Shown piece after piece: positions 23,017-34,169 of a stretch of DNA of 38,107 nt (position 1 is its first letter; the number at the start of each line of letters is the position of its first letter). The notes under the pieces are model-generated. The model was not told where the DNA came from. It searched no databases and saw only the letters and a list, made by a program, of their open reading frames with translations. Source of the stretch: Octopus bimaculoides. Its lineage: Eukaryota. The position numbers and the translations under genes are program-made. The stretch spans positions 115,283,386 to 115,321,492 of the forward strand of contig NC_068986.1 in the NCBI RefSeq assembly GCF_001194135.2, written 5' to 3'.

Positions 23017-23736
23017 TTCACGGTGAATAGATATTTACTATCCAAGATGGCAACCAGTGAGATCAAAAGAGCTTTTTAACATTCTTCCAAGATTTTTTGT
23101 CAAATCTTTAACACTAATATAGTTTTGCAGGTTGATGAAAATCACATTCATTTTTTTGTGGAAATTAACATCAAAAAAGTTATAATAAAAACTACGTCAG
23201 TGTAGAAAGTGGTGAAAATTTAAAGTACCTTAATTGGTTGGAGAAATTTCAAAAAGACCCGGATCAAAGACAAACTATCAGGTTTGCGAAGCGAATTACT
23301 GAACNNNNNNNNNNNNNNNNNNNNNNNNNNNNNNNNNNNNNNNNNNNNNNNNNNNNNNNNNNNNNNNNNNNNNNNNNNNNNNNNNNNNNNNNNNNNNNNN
23401 NNNNNNNNNNNNNNNNNNNNNNNNNNNNNNNNNNNNNNNNNNNNNNNNNNNNNNNNNNNNNNNNNNNNNNNNNNNNNNNNNNNNNNNNNNNNNNNNNNNN
23501 NNNNNNNNNNNNNNNNNNNNNNNNNNNNNNNNNNNNNNNNNNNNNNNNNNNNNNNNNNNNNNNNNNNNNNNNNNNNNNNNNNNNNNNNNNNNNNNNNNNN
23601 NNNNNNNNNNNNNNNNNNNNNNNNNNNNNNNNNNNNNNNNNNNNNNNNNNNNNNNNNNNNNNNNNNNNNNNNNNNNNNNNNNNNNNNNNNNNNNNNNNNN
23701 NNNNNNNNNNNNNNNNNNNNNNNNNNNNNNNNNNNN

Positions 23737-23780
<44 letters not shown>

Positions 23781-24691
23781 AATTAATAGAAAGAGAGGCT
23801 AGGTGCGTGTTAGCGAAGGTTTATAAATGAAAGTAGAAGAGAGTTACCCAGCACGAAGCCATTACATCCGTGACTGTCACCACTCCTCACTTAACATTTC
23901 AGTTGACACGATTCCTTCATCCACTCTGCTGCTGCTACTGCTGCTACTGCTGCTGCTCGTATTAAGTCTGGTTACACTGGGTCAGAGATTTGGAGTTCTG
24001 TATGTGTGTATGTGCGTGTGTGTGTATGTGCGTGTGTGTGTATGAATGTATTTACGTTGTATTGTGTATTGCTCTGTATGTGTACATATGTGTGTGAGTG
24101 TGAGGAAGTATTAGATGTAGTGGAGGATGTTGTTGTTGTAGCGGTGGTTGATGTTGTTGTTGTAGGTGTTTGTTATGATGGTTGTTGTAATACTTTGTGG
24201 AAATGTGTATGTGTGTGCACGTGTGTGCACATCGCTACGTAACAACCTATTTGTACATTTATGTGCGTGCAAGGATATTTACGTATGTGTACATGTGTTA
24301 TGCGTTTGTGTACAGAAGTGTTTGTGTGTAAGTGTGTATGTATACACACACATATGTATACATACACACACGCGCACACACGTGTGTATATATGTTGTAT
24401 ATGTATGTACCTCTGTATATATGTATCTGGTGTGTATGTGTTTTGGTGTCTATTCTGTGAAATTTATATTCGAAGAAAGAGTCCAGATGTGAAAATTGTG
24501 AAAGAAAACAATGAAACAAATGACGTATTACAGGAGTGAAATCAGGGTGATATGAGGGTGGTGTAATGTAATTAGGGGTGGTATTTTGGTCGCATTGGAT
24601 ATAATGGAATGAGGGTGTGAGGGTGGAAGTGTATATGGATGTTAAATGTGTGTGTGTGTATAATGTTAATGTCATTGGTTTAGAGAGGTAT

Positions 24692-24850
24692 GGTAGACAT
24701 AGTATTGGGATTTGACATAGTATTGGGGGTAGATATAGTATTAAAGGTAGATATAGTATTGGGGGTAGATATAGTATTGGGGGTAGATATAGTATAGGGA
24801 CAGAAGTAGTATAGGGGTGGACAAAGGTTGAATAGGGGTAGATAAAGTTA
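24692..24850 (+). repeat. 18-bp minisatellite (ggtagatatagtattggg), about 7-8 units
   Basis: Direct reading; decays toward the right. Confidence 0.9.
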
Positions 24851-25490
24851 TATTTGGATGAATGACTGGAGCAGGGCCACTTCGAAGTGCTCCTCTCATT
24901 TCATCAACTGTTTCTGCTGGTTTGTAAGGGTGTGCCCCTCATTGTCTTAGAATGAATAAGGAAGCGATTCACTGATTTTCTGAAAGTCTCTTGGTGATTT
25001 TACAGAGTTCTTTCAGATTTTCTCTGCGCTGCCGCTTCTCCCACTTCTTGGACGAATCCCTCTAGTTTCTCATGTCCCACTTTGCACCTCGTTTCATAAC
25101 TTAGTTGATTTTAGCCTACATTTCTGATTCTCTGCTTTGCTTACCCTGTCTTTTTTCAGTTCTTGAGTTCGGCTTTCTTATTTTTGTCTGTAAAGTCCCT
25201 GTTGAGATCTAATCTTTGCGTTGTTTAGTTCTCTTACGCAAAATCTCTTCACAGCTATCCTTCCATACTGCTTTCATTTTCGACTTCGTCTGCTCTGTTG
25301 GTGCATCTTCTTCAAGGAGACTGACGAGGTCCTGGAATCTATTGGTGACATCAACTGTATATCTAGCTTTGGTGTGCTCATCATTTAGCAAGGTAGCGTT
25401 ATACTAGTATCCTTGGACTCTGACGTCGTAGTCTCAACGAGAATTTTGCCACTGAGAGGTGATGGTCTGATTCGACATCTGCACCTCCAA
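24845..25490 (-). mobile_element. RTE-type LINE, inverted 5' segment (APE endonuclease C-terminus plus linker)
   Basis: Minus strand: GADVESDHHLSVAKFSLRL (APE SDH motif), YNATLLNDEHTKARYTVDVTNRFQDL...WKDSCEEIL, NLKELCKITKRLS, KDNEGHTLTNQQKQLMK*EEHFE. Confidence 0.85.
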
Positions 25491-25504
25491 CACAAACTCT
25501 GTTG

Positions 25505-26680
25505 AATAACAGCACAGAGACTCCAACACAGAAGGGGACCAGATCCAGACAGAATCAAAGTTAAAGCATTGTAAGCAGATATCGATTCGTCGGTCGAAGC
25601 TTTCGGGTATTTCTTGAAAGGGTGAAATATGAGGTGGACGAACTTTAAAAAAGATGGACAAACTGACTTCCAGCAGCGGAGGCCATGCTCTGGTCAGGCA
25701 GCCACATTTCGAATAATCATCGAACAGCTACCGCAGTGGAACACGTCTTTATACGTGCCATTTAACGATTTATGAGAATGTATTTGACAGTGAGGAGAGG
25801 GTGACACTGTGGGAATTGCTTCGACATTTTGGTCTGCCTGAGAAGATCATTAGATTGGTCAGAGCTGCTTATGAACGATCAACATGTCAAGTTGTACATG
25901 AAGCATCTTTGACGCAACCATTCACTGTCTTGAAAGGAGTGCGACGAATGTATTTGCAATTTTCCTTTCTGTTCCTTTCTGGGTGATAAAAGAAACAACC
26001 AAAATACAGTCCAGAGGAATACAAAGGTCCCTAGAAGATATCAGCTTCACTGATAACGTTGTCCTTCTCTCTCTCTTAACATCACATTGATATGGCGGGG
26101 GAGGGTCAGCTTAGTGAGCTTAATGTTCATGGATATTGACCTCAAGATCAACATCAAGAAGAGAGAAGGCGGGAGAGCGCATGTGTCCAACGATATCGCA
26201 TACTTTGGAAGTATCGTTAATAATGGGTTGGGGTAAGGCAGTGAGCTGGCAGAAACGTTAGCACGTCGGGCGAAATGCTTAGAGGTATTTCGTCTGTCTT
26301 TACGTTTTGAGTTCAAATTCCGCGGAGGTCGATTTTGCCTTTCATCCTTTCGAGGTCGATAAATTAAATACCAGTTGCGTACTGGGGTCGATCTAATCGA
26401 CTGCCTCCCCCCCTTGTCCCAAAATTTCGGGCCTTGTGCCTAGAGTAGAAAAGAATAATGGGTTGGGATGGAGGCACAACAGACCAGGACATAAAAACAA
26501 GGAATAGGAAAGTTACAGCTGCTTTGAAACCCATTTGGAGATCACAAACGTTGCCGACAAAGACAAAACTCACGATCTTTAATATGGACGTGAAAACGGT
26601 TTCGCTCTACATGTGGGAAACACGTGGGAAACATGGCGTGTTACAAAGTTCTCCATCGGAAACTGCGCTGGATAATTCGA
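25505..26680 (+). mobile_element. RTE-type LINE reverse transcriptase region, decayed, interrupted by a SINE
   Basis: Plus strand: GPDPDRIKVKAL*ADID, FQQRRPCSGQAATFRIIIEQ, YENVFDSEERVTLWELLRHFGLPEKIIRLV, LEDISFTDNVVLL (FADD decayed), YFGSIV, GGTTDQDIKTR, IWRSQTLPTKTKLTIFN, ETWRVTK. Confidence 0.92.
26235..26453 (+). mobile_element. SINE family A, full length, nested in the RTE with 14-bp TSD
   Basis: aataatgggttggg at 26219-26232 and 26454-26467. Confidence 0.95.
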
Positions 26681-26739
26681 TATTGAACATAATTACGATT
26701 AGGTTGATTTTGCTTTTAAGCATTACTATTTATTGTTTA

Positions 26740-27124
26740 GGAGGCGCAATGTCCCAGTGGTTAGGGCAGCGGACTCGCGGTCATAAGATCATGGTTTCGA
26801 TTCCCAGACCGGGCGTTGTGAATGTTTATTGAGCGAAAACACCTAAAGCTCCATGAGGCTCCGGCAGGGGATGGTGGTGAACCGGGCTGTACTTTTTCAC
26901 CACAACTTTCTCTCACTCTTACTTCCTGCTTCTGTTGTGCCTGTAATTCAAAGGGTCAGCCTTGTCACACTGTGTCACGCTGAATATCCCCGAGAACTAC
27001 GTTAAGGGTACACGTGTCTGTGGAGTGCTCAGCCACTTGCACGTTAATTTCACGAGCAGGCTGTTCCGTTGATCGGATCAACTGGAACCCTCGACGTCGT
27101 AAGCGACGGAGTGCCATCAACAAC
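26740..27124 (+). mobile_element. SINE family B2, full length, tRNA-Arg-like head
   Basis: Head ggaggcgcaatgtcccagtggttagggc...gtttcgattcc; (caa)n-type tail; probable 9-bp TSD atttattgt at 26728-26736 and 27125-27133. Confidence 0.95.
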
Positions 27125-27523
27125 ATTTATTGTCTGACTGAATGTACTTATTAATGGCATCTATTGACAGCTAGACAGAGTTTACATGCACTGCGTACTA
27201 ATTTAGAGGGCAATGGAACGGATAAATCGCCTGTATTTTTAGCAGGATTTGATCTCCCAGTCTGGTGGTGACTGGCATGAACAGGTATTGCGCAGTTGTC
27301 AGTCAGTAAAGTGAAGACAGCAGCAGGAGCAGCAGCAACAACAACAAGAGCATCAACAGGAGCACCAACAGCATGAACAAAAAAAAGCAAAAACATTAAC
27401 AATGATAGCAACAGTAACAATAACAATAACAACCACAGCAACGGGAGGTTGATGACGTCATATAACGGACATTGACGTCGGTTTGTGTATGTGCATGTGT
27501 CTGCGAGCGCACTTGCGTGCGAG

Positions 27524-27558
<35 letters not shown>

Positions 27559-27569
27559 ACGTACGTATG

Positions 27570-27614
<45 letters not shown>

Positions 27615-28149
27615 NNNNNNNNNNNNNNNNNNNNNNNNNNNNNNNNNNNNNNNNNNNNNNNNNNNNNNNNNNNNNNNNNNNNNNNNNNNNNNNNNNNNNN
27701 NNNNNNNNNNNNNNNNNNNNNNNNNNNNNNNNNNNNNNNNNNNNNNNNNNNNNNNNNNNNNNNNNNNNNNNNNNNNNNNNNNNNNNNNNNNNNNNNNNNN
27801 NNNNNNNNNNNNNNNNNNNNNNNNNNNNNNNNNNNNNNNNNNNNNNNNNNNNNNNNNNNNNNNNNNNNNNNNNNNNNNNNNNNNNNNNNNNNNNNNNNNN
27901 NNNNNNNNNNNNNNNNNNNNNNNNNNNNNNNNNNNNNNNNNNNNNNNNNNNNNNNNNNNNNNNNNNNNNNNNNNNNNNNNNNNNNNNNNNNNNNNNNNNN
28001 NNNNNNNNNNNNNNNNNNNNNNNNNNNNNNNNNNNNNNNNNNNNNNNNNNNNNNNNNNNNNNNNNNNNNNNNNNNNNNNNNNNNNNNNNNNNNNNNNNNN
28101 NNNNNNNNNNNNNNNNNNNNNNNNNNNNNNNNNNNNNNNGGTTTATATA

Positions 28150-28735
28150 CAGTAATCCCTCGCCTATCGTGGGTGTTTCGTTCCAAATTTGCCCGCGATC
28201 AGTACTGTATATTTTGTTTTATTATTTTTATAATTTGTATATAGGCGCAGGAGTGGCTGTGGGGTAAGTAGGTTGCTTACCAACCACATGGTTCCGGGTT
28301 CAGTCCCACCGCGTGGTACCTTGGGCAAGTGTCTTTTACTATAGCCTCTGGCCGACCAAGTCCTTGTGAGTGGATTTGGTAGACGGAAACTGAAAGAAGC
28401 CCGTTGTATGTATGTATGTATGTATGTGTGTGTGTGTGTTTGTGCCCCCAACATCACTTGACAACCGATGCTGGTGCGTTTACGTGCCCGTAACGTAGCG
28501 GTTCGGCAAAAGAGAACTATAGAATAACTACTAAGCAAACAAAGAATAAGTCCTGGGGTCGATTTGCTCGACTAAAGTCGATGCTCCAGCATGACCGCAG
28601 TCAAATGACTGAAACAAATAAAAGAATAAAAGAAATTTATTTTATTATAAATGCAAAACAATACGACGGAGGAATCGACGTAAGCTCAAATAATAAACCG
28701 CGATAAGTGAACCGCGATATAGCAAGGGAATACTG
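28150..28735. mobile_element. Tigger/pogo-like MITE with nested SINE
   Basis: Left end TA|cagtaatccctcgcctatcgtgg; right end in reverse complement TA|cagtattcccttgctatatcgcgg; TA on both sides. Confidence 0.7.
28242..28634 (+). mobile_element. SINE family C, full length
   Basis: Head taggcgcaggagtggctg..., CORE-like ccttgggcaagtgtctt, internal (TATG)/(TG)n, aaagaat-type tail. Confidence 0.95.
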
Positions 28736-29269
28736 TATATCTATGTGAGTGTGTGTGTGTGTGTATGTGTGTGTGTACATAGAGTTACCGCAAGTATGCT
28801 TATAGCAGGGTACTCCACAGAGTAAACAAGGAAAATGATCCCCTCTGTAAATTTTTCGTATTAGCATACACCTTCTCCATTGCTTACTCTTCAGTCAGGC
28901 TTTTCCTTGTCCGCGTATGGTAACTGGGTACTCCGCGCTCGTGACAAAGGCCCCACGGATACATCATTCTGACTCCCCAGGCCCTTGGTGTATCCGCTTT
29001 GAAGCTTATGAAACGCTGCCTTGCCGCCTCGTTTAATGCGTCCTAAATGACAAAGGATTGGGGAGTGCACACTGAAAATACAATACCAAATAAATTATGA
29101 ATGTCATTTTTTCCGGCGGAGTAAATTTTCAGCAGCTTCTAGCATTTTTGTGAACGTGCTATTTCTGTAGGATCTCCCTCTCCACTGGACTTGTCTCCTT
29201 GGATCCTTCAAAGATAGCGATACTAGGAAATGTCAACTCCCCACCAACGTCGTTATAATGCTTCAAGGC

Positions 29270-29855
29270 GCAGGTATCTTCGGTACGATGGATCTTAGAC
29301 ACCTAAAGTCTTTCTGTAATAGAGAGTTTGGTAATAGAAGCGGGGCTGAATATACAGGAAGCTTCTAGTCAGTCGTATCGGACAATGTTCGTTGGAAACT
29401 GGGAACTAGTGGGGTTGGAATCTGGCAAAATCTCCCTTGCGACCGAACCAGGAACCGCGCTATTCCTCCCGGCCGAGAATCGACATGGAAATGGTGACCT
29501 AAACAAAGTCAACTCACATTAGTGCCAAGAGAGGAACCGCGCCTGACGGGACATTCACGTAGCGGCCGGAAAAGTAAGAAATCTCATGTAGCACATCGAG
29601 ACACGTGACTCTACTTGTGACGGATTGATGCCGGCAATTCGATTAATCGATCGAGACAGTGATCCAAGTGGAAAAATCATTTCTTCCCAACTTTTGCCAC
29701 CCACCACTGTATTCAATGGCGCTATGGCGCTACTTGGAGAAGTTTCTGTTAACAAGATTGATGAGAGAGATCTAAGCCTTTGCCTGGTGAGCTATCCCAA
29801 GGGTGAATGTTACCATCATGCCATCAACATTTTAACGAGGAAATTTGATGTCTAA
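29270..29855 (+). pseudogene. Possible heavily decayed LTR-retrotransposon gag-like relic
   Basis: Higher-GC unique block; fragmentary motifs RYDGS*TPKVFL and DGLMPAIRL loosely resemble Ty3/Gypsy gag; many stops and frameshifts. Confidence 0.25.
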
Positions 29856-29877
29856 ACTGACTGAGACATTGGTTGGC

Positions 29878-29981
29878 ATCAGTGAGCGGTGACTCATATC
29901 AGTGAGCGATGGCTCATATCAGTGAGCGGTGGCTGATATCAGTGAGCGGTGGCTGATATCAGTGAGCGGCGGCTCATATCA
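29878..29981 (+). repeat. 20-bp minisatellite (atcagtgagcggtggctcat), 5 units
   Basis: Direct reading; units start at 29878, 29898, 29918, 29938 and 29958. Confidence 0.95.
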
Positions 29982-30214
29982 CCTCGTATTCCTCTTGCTT
30001 AGAGCTGCTGCTATACCTTACTGAGTGCATATATACTAACTTTGTCTTCTGATTGTAGAGAACAAAAGAAGATATGAATGTATAAAACCAGAATAAAAGA
30101 ATGTCTGAGTCAATATTGAAAGTAAATCGTCTGCTTGTGTTGGAGTCTTGTCAATTAATGACGAGCGGAGATTATTACGCAACTTGACACGAGTTTATTT
30201 GTGAAACATATCCC

Positions 30215-30409
30215 TTTATTCTTTTAATTGTCTCGGTTATTTGACTGCGGCCATACTGGAGCACCGCCTTAAAGGATTCTAGTCGAAGAAATCAACCCCA
30301 GGACTTATTCTTTGCAAATCTAGTACTTATTCTATCCGTCCCTTTTGCCGAACCGATAAGTTACCGCGACGTAAACATACCAATATCGGTTATCAAGCGA
30401 TGGTACACA

Positions 30410-30454
<45 letters not shown>

Positions 30455-30703
30455 NNNNNNNNNNNNNNNNNNNNNNNNNNNNNNNNNNNNNNNNNNNNNN
30501 NNNNNNNNNNNNNNNNNNNNNNNNNNNNNNNNNNNNNNNNNNNNNNNNNNNNNNNNNNNNNNNNNNNNNNNNNNNNNNNNNNNCCAAATCCATTCACAAG
30601 ACTTTGTTCGTTCCGAGGCTATAGTAGAAGACACTCGCCCAAGGTGCCACGCAGTGAGACTGAACCCGGAACCATGTGGTTGATAAGCAAGGTACTTACC
30701 ACA
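30215..30703 (-). mobile_element. SINE family C spanning an assembly gap at its internal microsatellite
   Basis: 3' half at 30215-30410, (CA)n plus N run, 5' half at 30584-30703. Confidence 0.9.
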
Positions 30704-31251
30704 TGTATGGATGTATGTATGTATGGATGTATGTATGTATGTAAGAGTGTGTGCGTGTGTGTGTGTGTGTGTGTGCATGTGCGTGTGTGTGTGTATGATA
30801 TATGTACTATACATACGAGCTCACAATCCTGAAGCGTCTGATCCAACTTTTCCCTACTAAATATTCTTGAACCAAATCTCACCCAACATCTCGTTTCTTC
30901 CGACGACGCAGATCTCAGTCACCAGTTTTCTCGCTCTTTGTTATTGTTCGTCATGAAGTATACATTCAACCTATTTAACCCTGTTGCCTTTAGGCTAATT
31001 TTGAAATTTAGCATTGAAAACAATTGTTGTCTTTTGATAGTCATCCACGTATGCAATGATTATAGCCAACAATCTCTTTAAACAAAGGAAATAGATGTTT
31101 AATTTAATATTAAATCTGAACAATGACTGCGTTGGTCTAATAGTCAGTGATAGGTCACAATATGGTGGATGGGAAAAATCGCGAAAATAGTTCATAGTGG
31201 GTTGGTTAAAGATTTCACTATCCAACCATATTGTCGCCCTAAAAGCTTATG

Positions 31252-31287
<36 letters not shown>

Positions 31288-33039
31288 NNNNNNNNNNNNN
31301 NNNNNNNNNNNNNNNNNNNNNNNNNNNNNNNNNNNNNNNNNNNNNNNNNNNNNNNNNNNNNNNNNNNNNNNNNNNNNNNNNNNNNNNNNNNNNNNNNNNN
31401 NNNNNNNNNNNNNNNNNNNNNNNNNNNNNNNNNNNNNNNNNNNNNNNNNNNNNNNNNNNNNNNNNNNNNNNNNNNNNNNNNNNNNNNNNNNNNNNNNNNN
31501 NNNNNNNNNNNNNNNNNNNNNNNNNNNNNNNNNNNNNNNNNNNNNNNNNNNNNNNNNNNNNNNNNNNNNNNNNNNNNNNNNNNNNNNNNNNNNNNNNNNN
31601 NNNNNNNNNNNNNNNNNNNNNNNNNNNNNNNNNNNNNNNNNNNNNNNNNNNNNNNNNNNNNNNNNNNNNNNNNNNNNNNNNNNNNNNNNNNNNNNNNNNN
31701 NNNNNNNNNNNNNNNNNNNNNNNNNNNNNNNNNNNNNNNNNNNNNNNNNNNNNNNNNNNNNNNNNNNNNNNNNNNNNNNNNNNNNNNNNNNNNNNNNNNN
31801 NNNNNNNNNNNNNNNNNNNNNNNNNNNNNNNNNNNNNNNNNNNNNNNNNNNNNNNNNNNNNNNNNNNNNNNNNNNNNNNNNNNNNNNNNNNNNNNNNNNN
31901 NNNNNNNNNNNNNNNNNNNNNNNNNNNNNNNNNNNNNNNNNNNNNNNNNNNNNNNNNNNNNNNNNNNNNNNNNNNNNNNNNNNNNNNNNNNNNNNNNNNN
32001 NNNNNNNNNNNNNNNNNNNNNNNNNNNNNNNNNNNNNNNNNNNNNNNNNNNNNNNNNNNNNNNATATGCATACTGGACGAGTTGGAGAAACGAACGAAAG
32101 CGTTAAGAATAATGAAGAAATAAAAAGATTTCTTTCCAAAATTCTGACGACATTTATTCTCAGTACTCAATTTCTGTACATCACACCTAACACTCTATAC
32201 GTACATACATGCATACATACATACATACATACATACATACATACATACATACATGCATACATACACATATTCTTTTGATAAGAAAAGTGTTGACCTTGAC
32301 TTCGAAGTTTTGGCTTCCTTAGCACTTATCGGAGTGTAGTGCGTTTAAGTTCATCTTGGTATAGTTTCTGATAAGCTCAATTTTTCAGGGCTAAGTGGAG
32401 CTTTGTTAATACTAATTACGTTGTAGGGCATGTTCTGATTGAAAGATATTATGGAAGACTTTTATTGTTTAAAGTTGGAGTTATGTTATTGTTCATAATT
32501 CAGTCATGCACGTGGAACTTTGTAATCAGGCATATCTATTTAGGTGTGTCACCTTCAGGGCGAGGATTCCATCGAAAAAGTTAACTGATTTTAGATGTGC
32601 TTTAAATGTAATGCAACACCTAAGCTTTTTAAAAAAACGCGATGTAGTCCTTTCCTAAATTTATCGTTTTTTTTTTTGTGAGTTGTAACTTTTCTTAAGC
32701 GGAATATGCACTCGCCCCTGTCATCTCATCTATAACCTCCACCTTTTCAAAAACAGACAGGTGAAATCTCTCATTATTGTCCAAACTTAACCTAGTTGCA
32801 CATCTACTGATTAACAAACCTTCCCACCCACCTACATTCTTTTGTGAACCTCTAAAAACAAAAGACCTGAAGTTGACACACCTGATTACACCTGATTACA
32901 CTATACAAAGCCAAGATGAAATCAAATGTACCACATCCGATGAAGGTGCATTATTATACATAGTCTTTATTTTTTATTCACCACAACAATGTCCGATCGC
33001 ACTGGATCATTGCATCCCACAGGAATTGTTTAGAAGATA

Positions 33040-33202
33040 ACAGAGGCAGTGACAAGGGTCTTGGACACCTTCATTTTGGAGGAATTCCACAGTCTTCACA
33101 AAGTGGCTGGAGCGCTACGACAAGTGCAGTGAATCCAGAAGATTCTATTTTGAAGGAGATTAGAATATTGTACTTTGAGTCTCTTCTGAATACCCCTTGC
33201 AT
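33040..33202 (+). mobile_element. Mariner relic 4 (transposase C-terminus and probable 3' TIR)
   Basis: TKWLERYDKCSESRRFYFEGD*, typical mariner KW..RW.KC...G.YFEGD ending; ttctgaaataccccttg resembles a reverse TIR. Confidence 0.8.
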
Positions 33203-33671
33203 GTTATGTTGTCGTGTCTGCTGTTAATGCCATGTGTTGTTGCTCTTTCTATTTGGCCACATAATACGTGTCGTCTGCTCAACGTGTCTTCTCATTTCCC
33301 TTAGTCTCCCTTAGTTCTCACCCGACTCTTCTCTTCTTTCCCTACCCTTCTTCGTTTCTGTCTTCCTTTATTTCTTCTCCGTCTCTCTATCACATTATCC
33401 CTATCAGTCAATTTCTCTCTCAATGCCTCTCTGTCTTATAGTCTATAACAACCGACCTATGATGTTCCACCGTCAGTCACCCTTTTCTCCAGATATATTT
33501 CTCTCTCTTTTTCTTTCCCCTTTTTCCCCTCCACCTACACCTCTTTCATACACAGTTCCCCACAAAATCATGCGTGTAAATCTCCCCCTCAGATCCACGA
33601 CGATTAACGCACGCTTACCCAAACTCACACCCGGACATGTACACATCTCAAAAAAAAAAGAACACACAATT

Positions 33672-33706
<35 letters not shown>

Positions 33707-33713
33707 GGGAGTT

Positions 33714-33764
<51 letters not shown>

Positions 33765-33838
33765 GGTTTGATCGCATCATCTAGATTAGGAATAGTGAGA
33801 CATTTTAGCAAGGGGGGCAAACTGCAGTTAGATAAGAA

Positions 33839-33852
33839 GCAGTAGGGGGCGC
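33839..33852 (+). promoter_or_regulatory. CTCF-like motif gcagtagggggcgc
   Basis: One mismatch to CCASYAGRKGGCRS; motif match only. Confidence 0.35.
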
Positions 33853-34169
33853 TTCTGCGCTGAGATATATATATGTAACTGATATTACAGGCTTTAATCT
33901 GAGGAAGGGTTTAACTATTGTTTCCTGTAGGGAACTTTCAGTAGGTTTCTTCTGTGATAGATTTCCGAACTGAATGCGGGAGAAGTTTCGTTTCGAGCGA
34001 GATGTCTCTATCCCTATTCTAAAAGACGAGACAAAGAAATGCTAGAAATAGCAGCCGATTCATACCTTACCGCCTTAAAAAATGTAACGGACATATTGGA
34101 CAATGTAATTAAGATTGCAATAACAGGGAGAGAAGACATTGGGCATGAGAGTTCTTACTAGCATAGGGG

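Noticed and set aside
29878-29981. CRISPR-like array (also 24692-24850, 6141-6227)
   Set aside because: Units are directly adjacent with no unique spacers, no cas genes, eukaryotic context
30975-30990. piggyBac-like terminus ttaaccctg
   Set aside because: No matching second terminus found in the readable sequence
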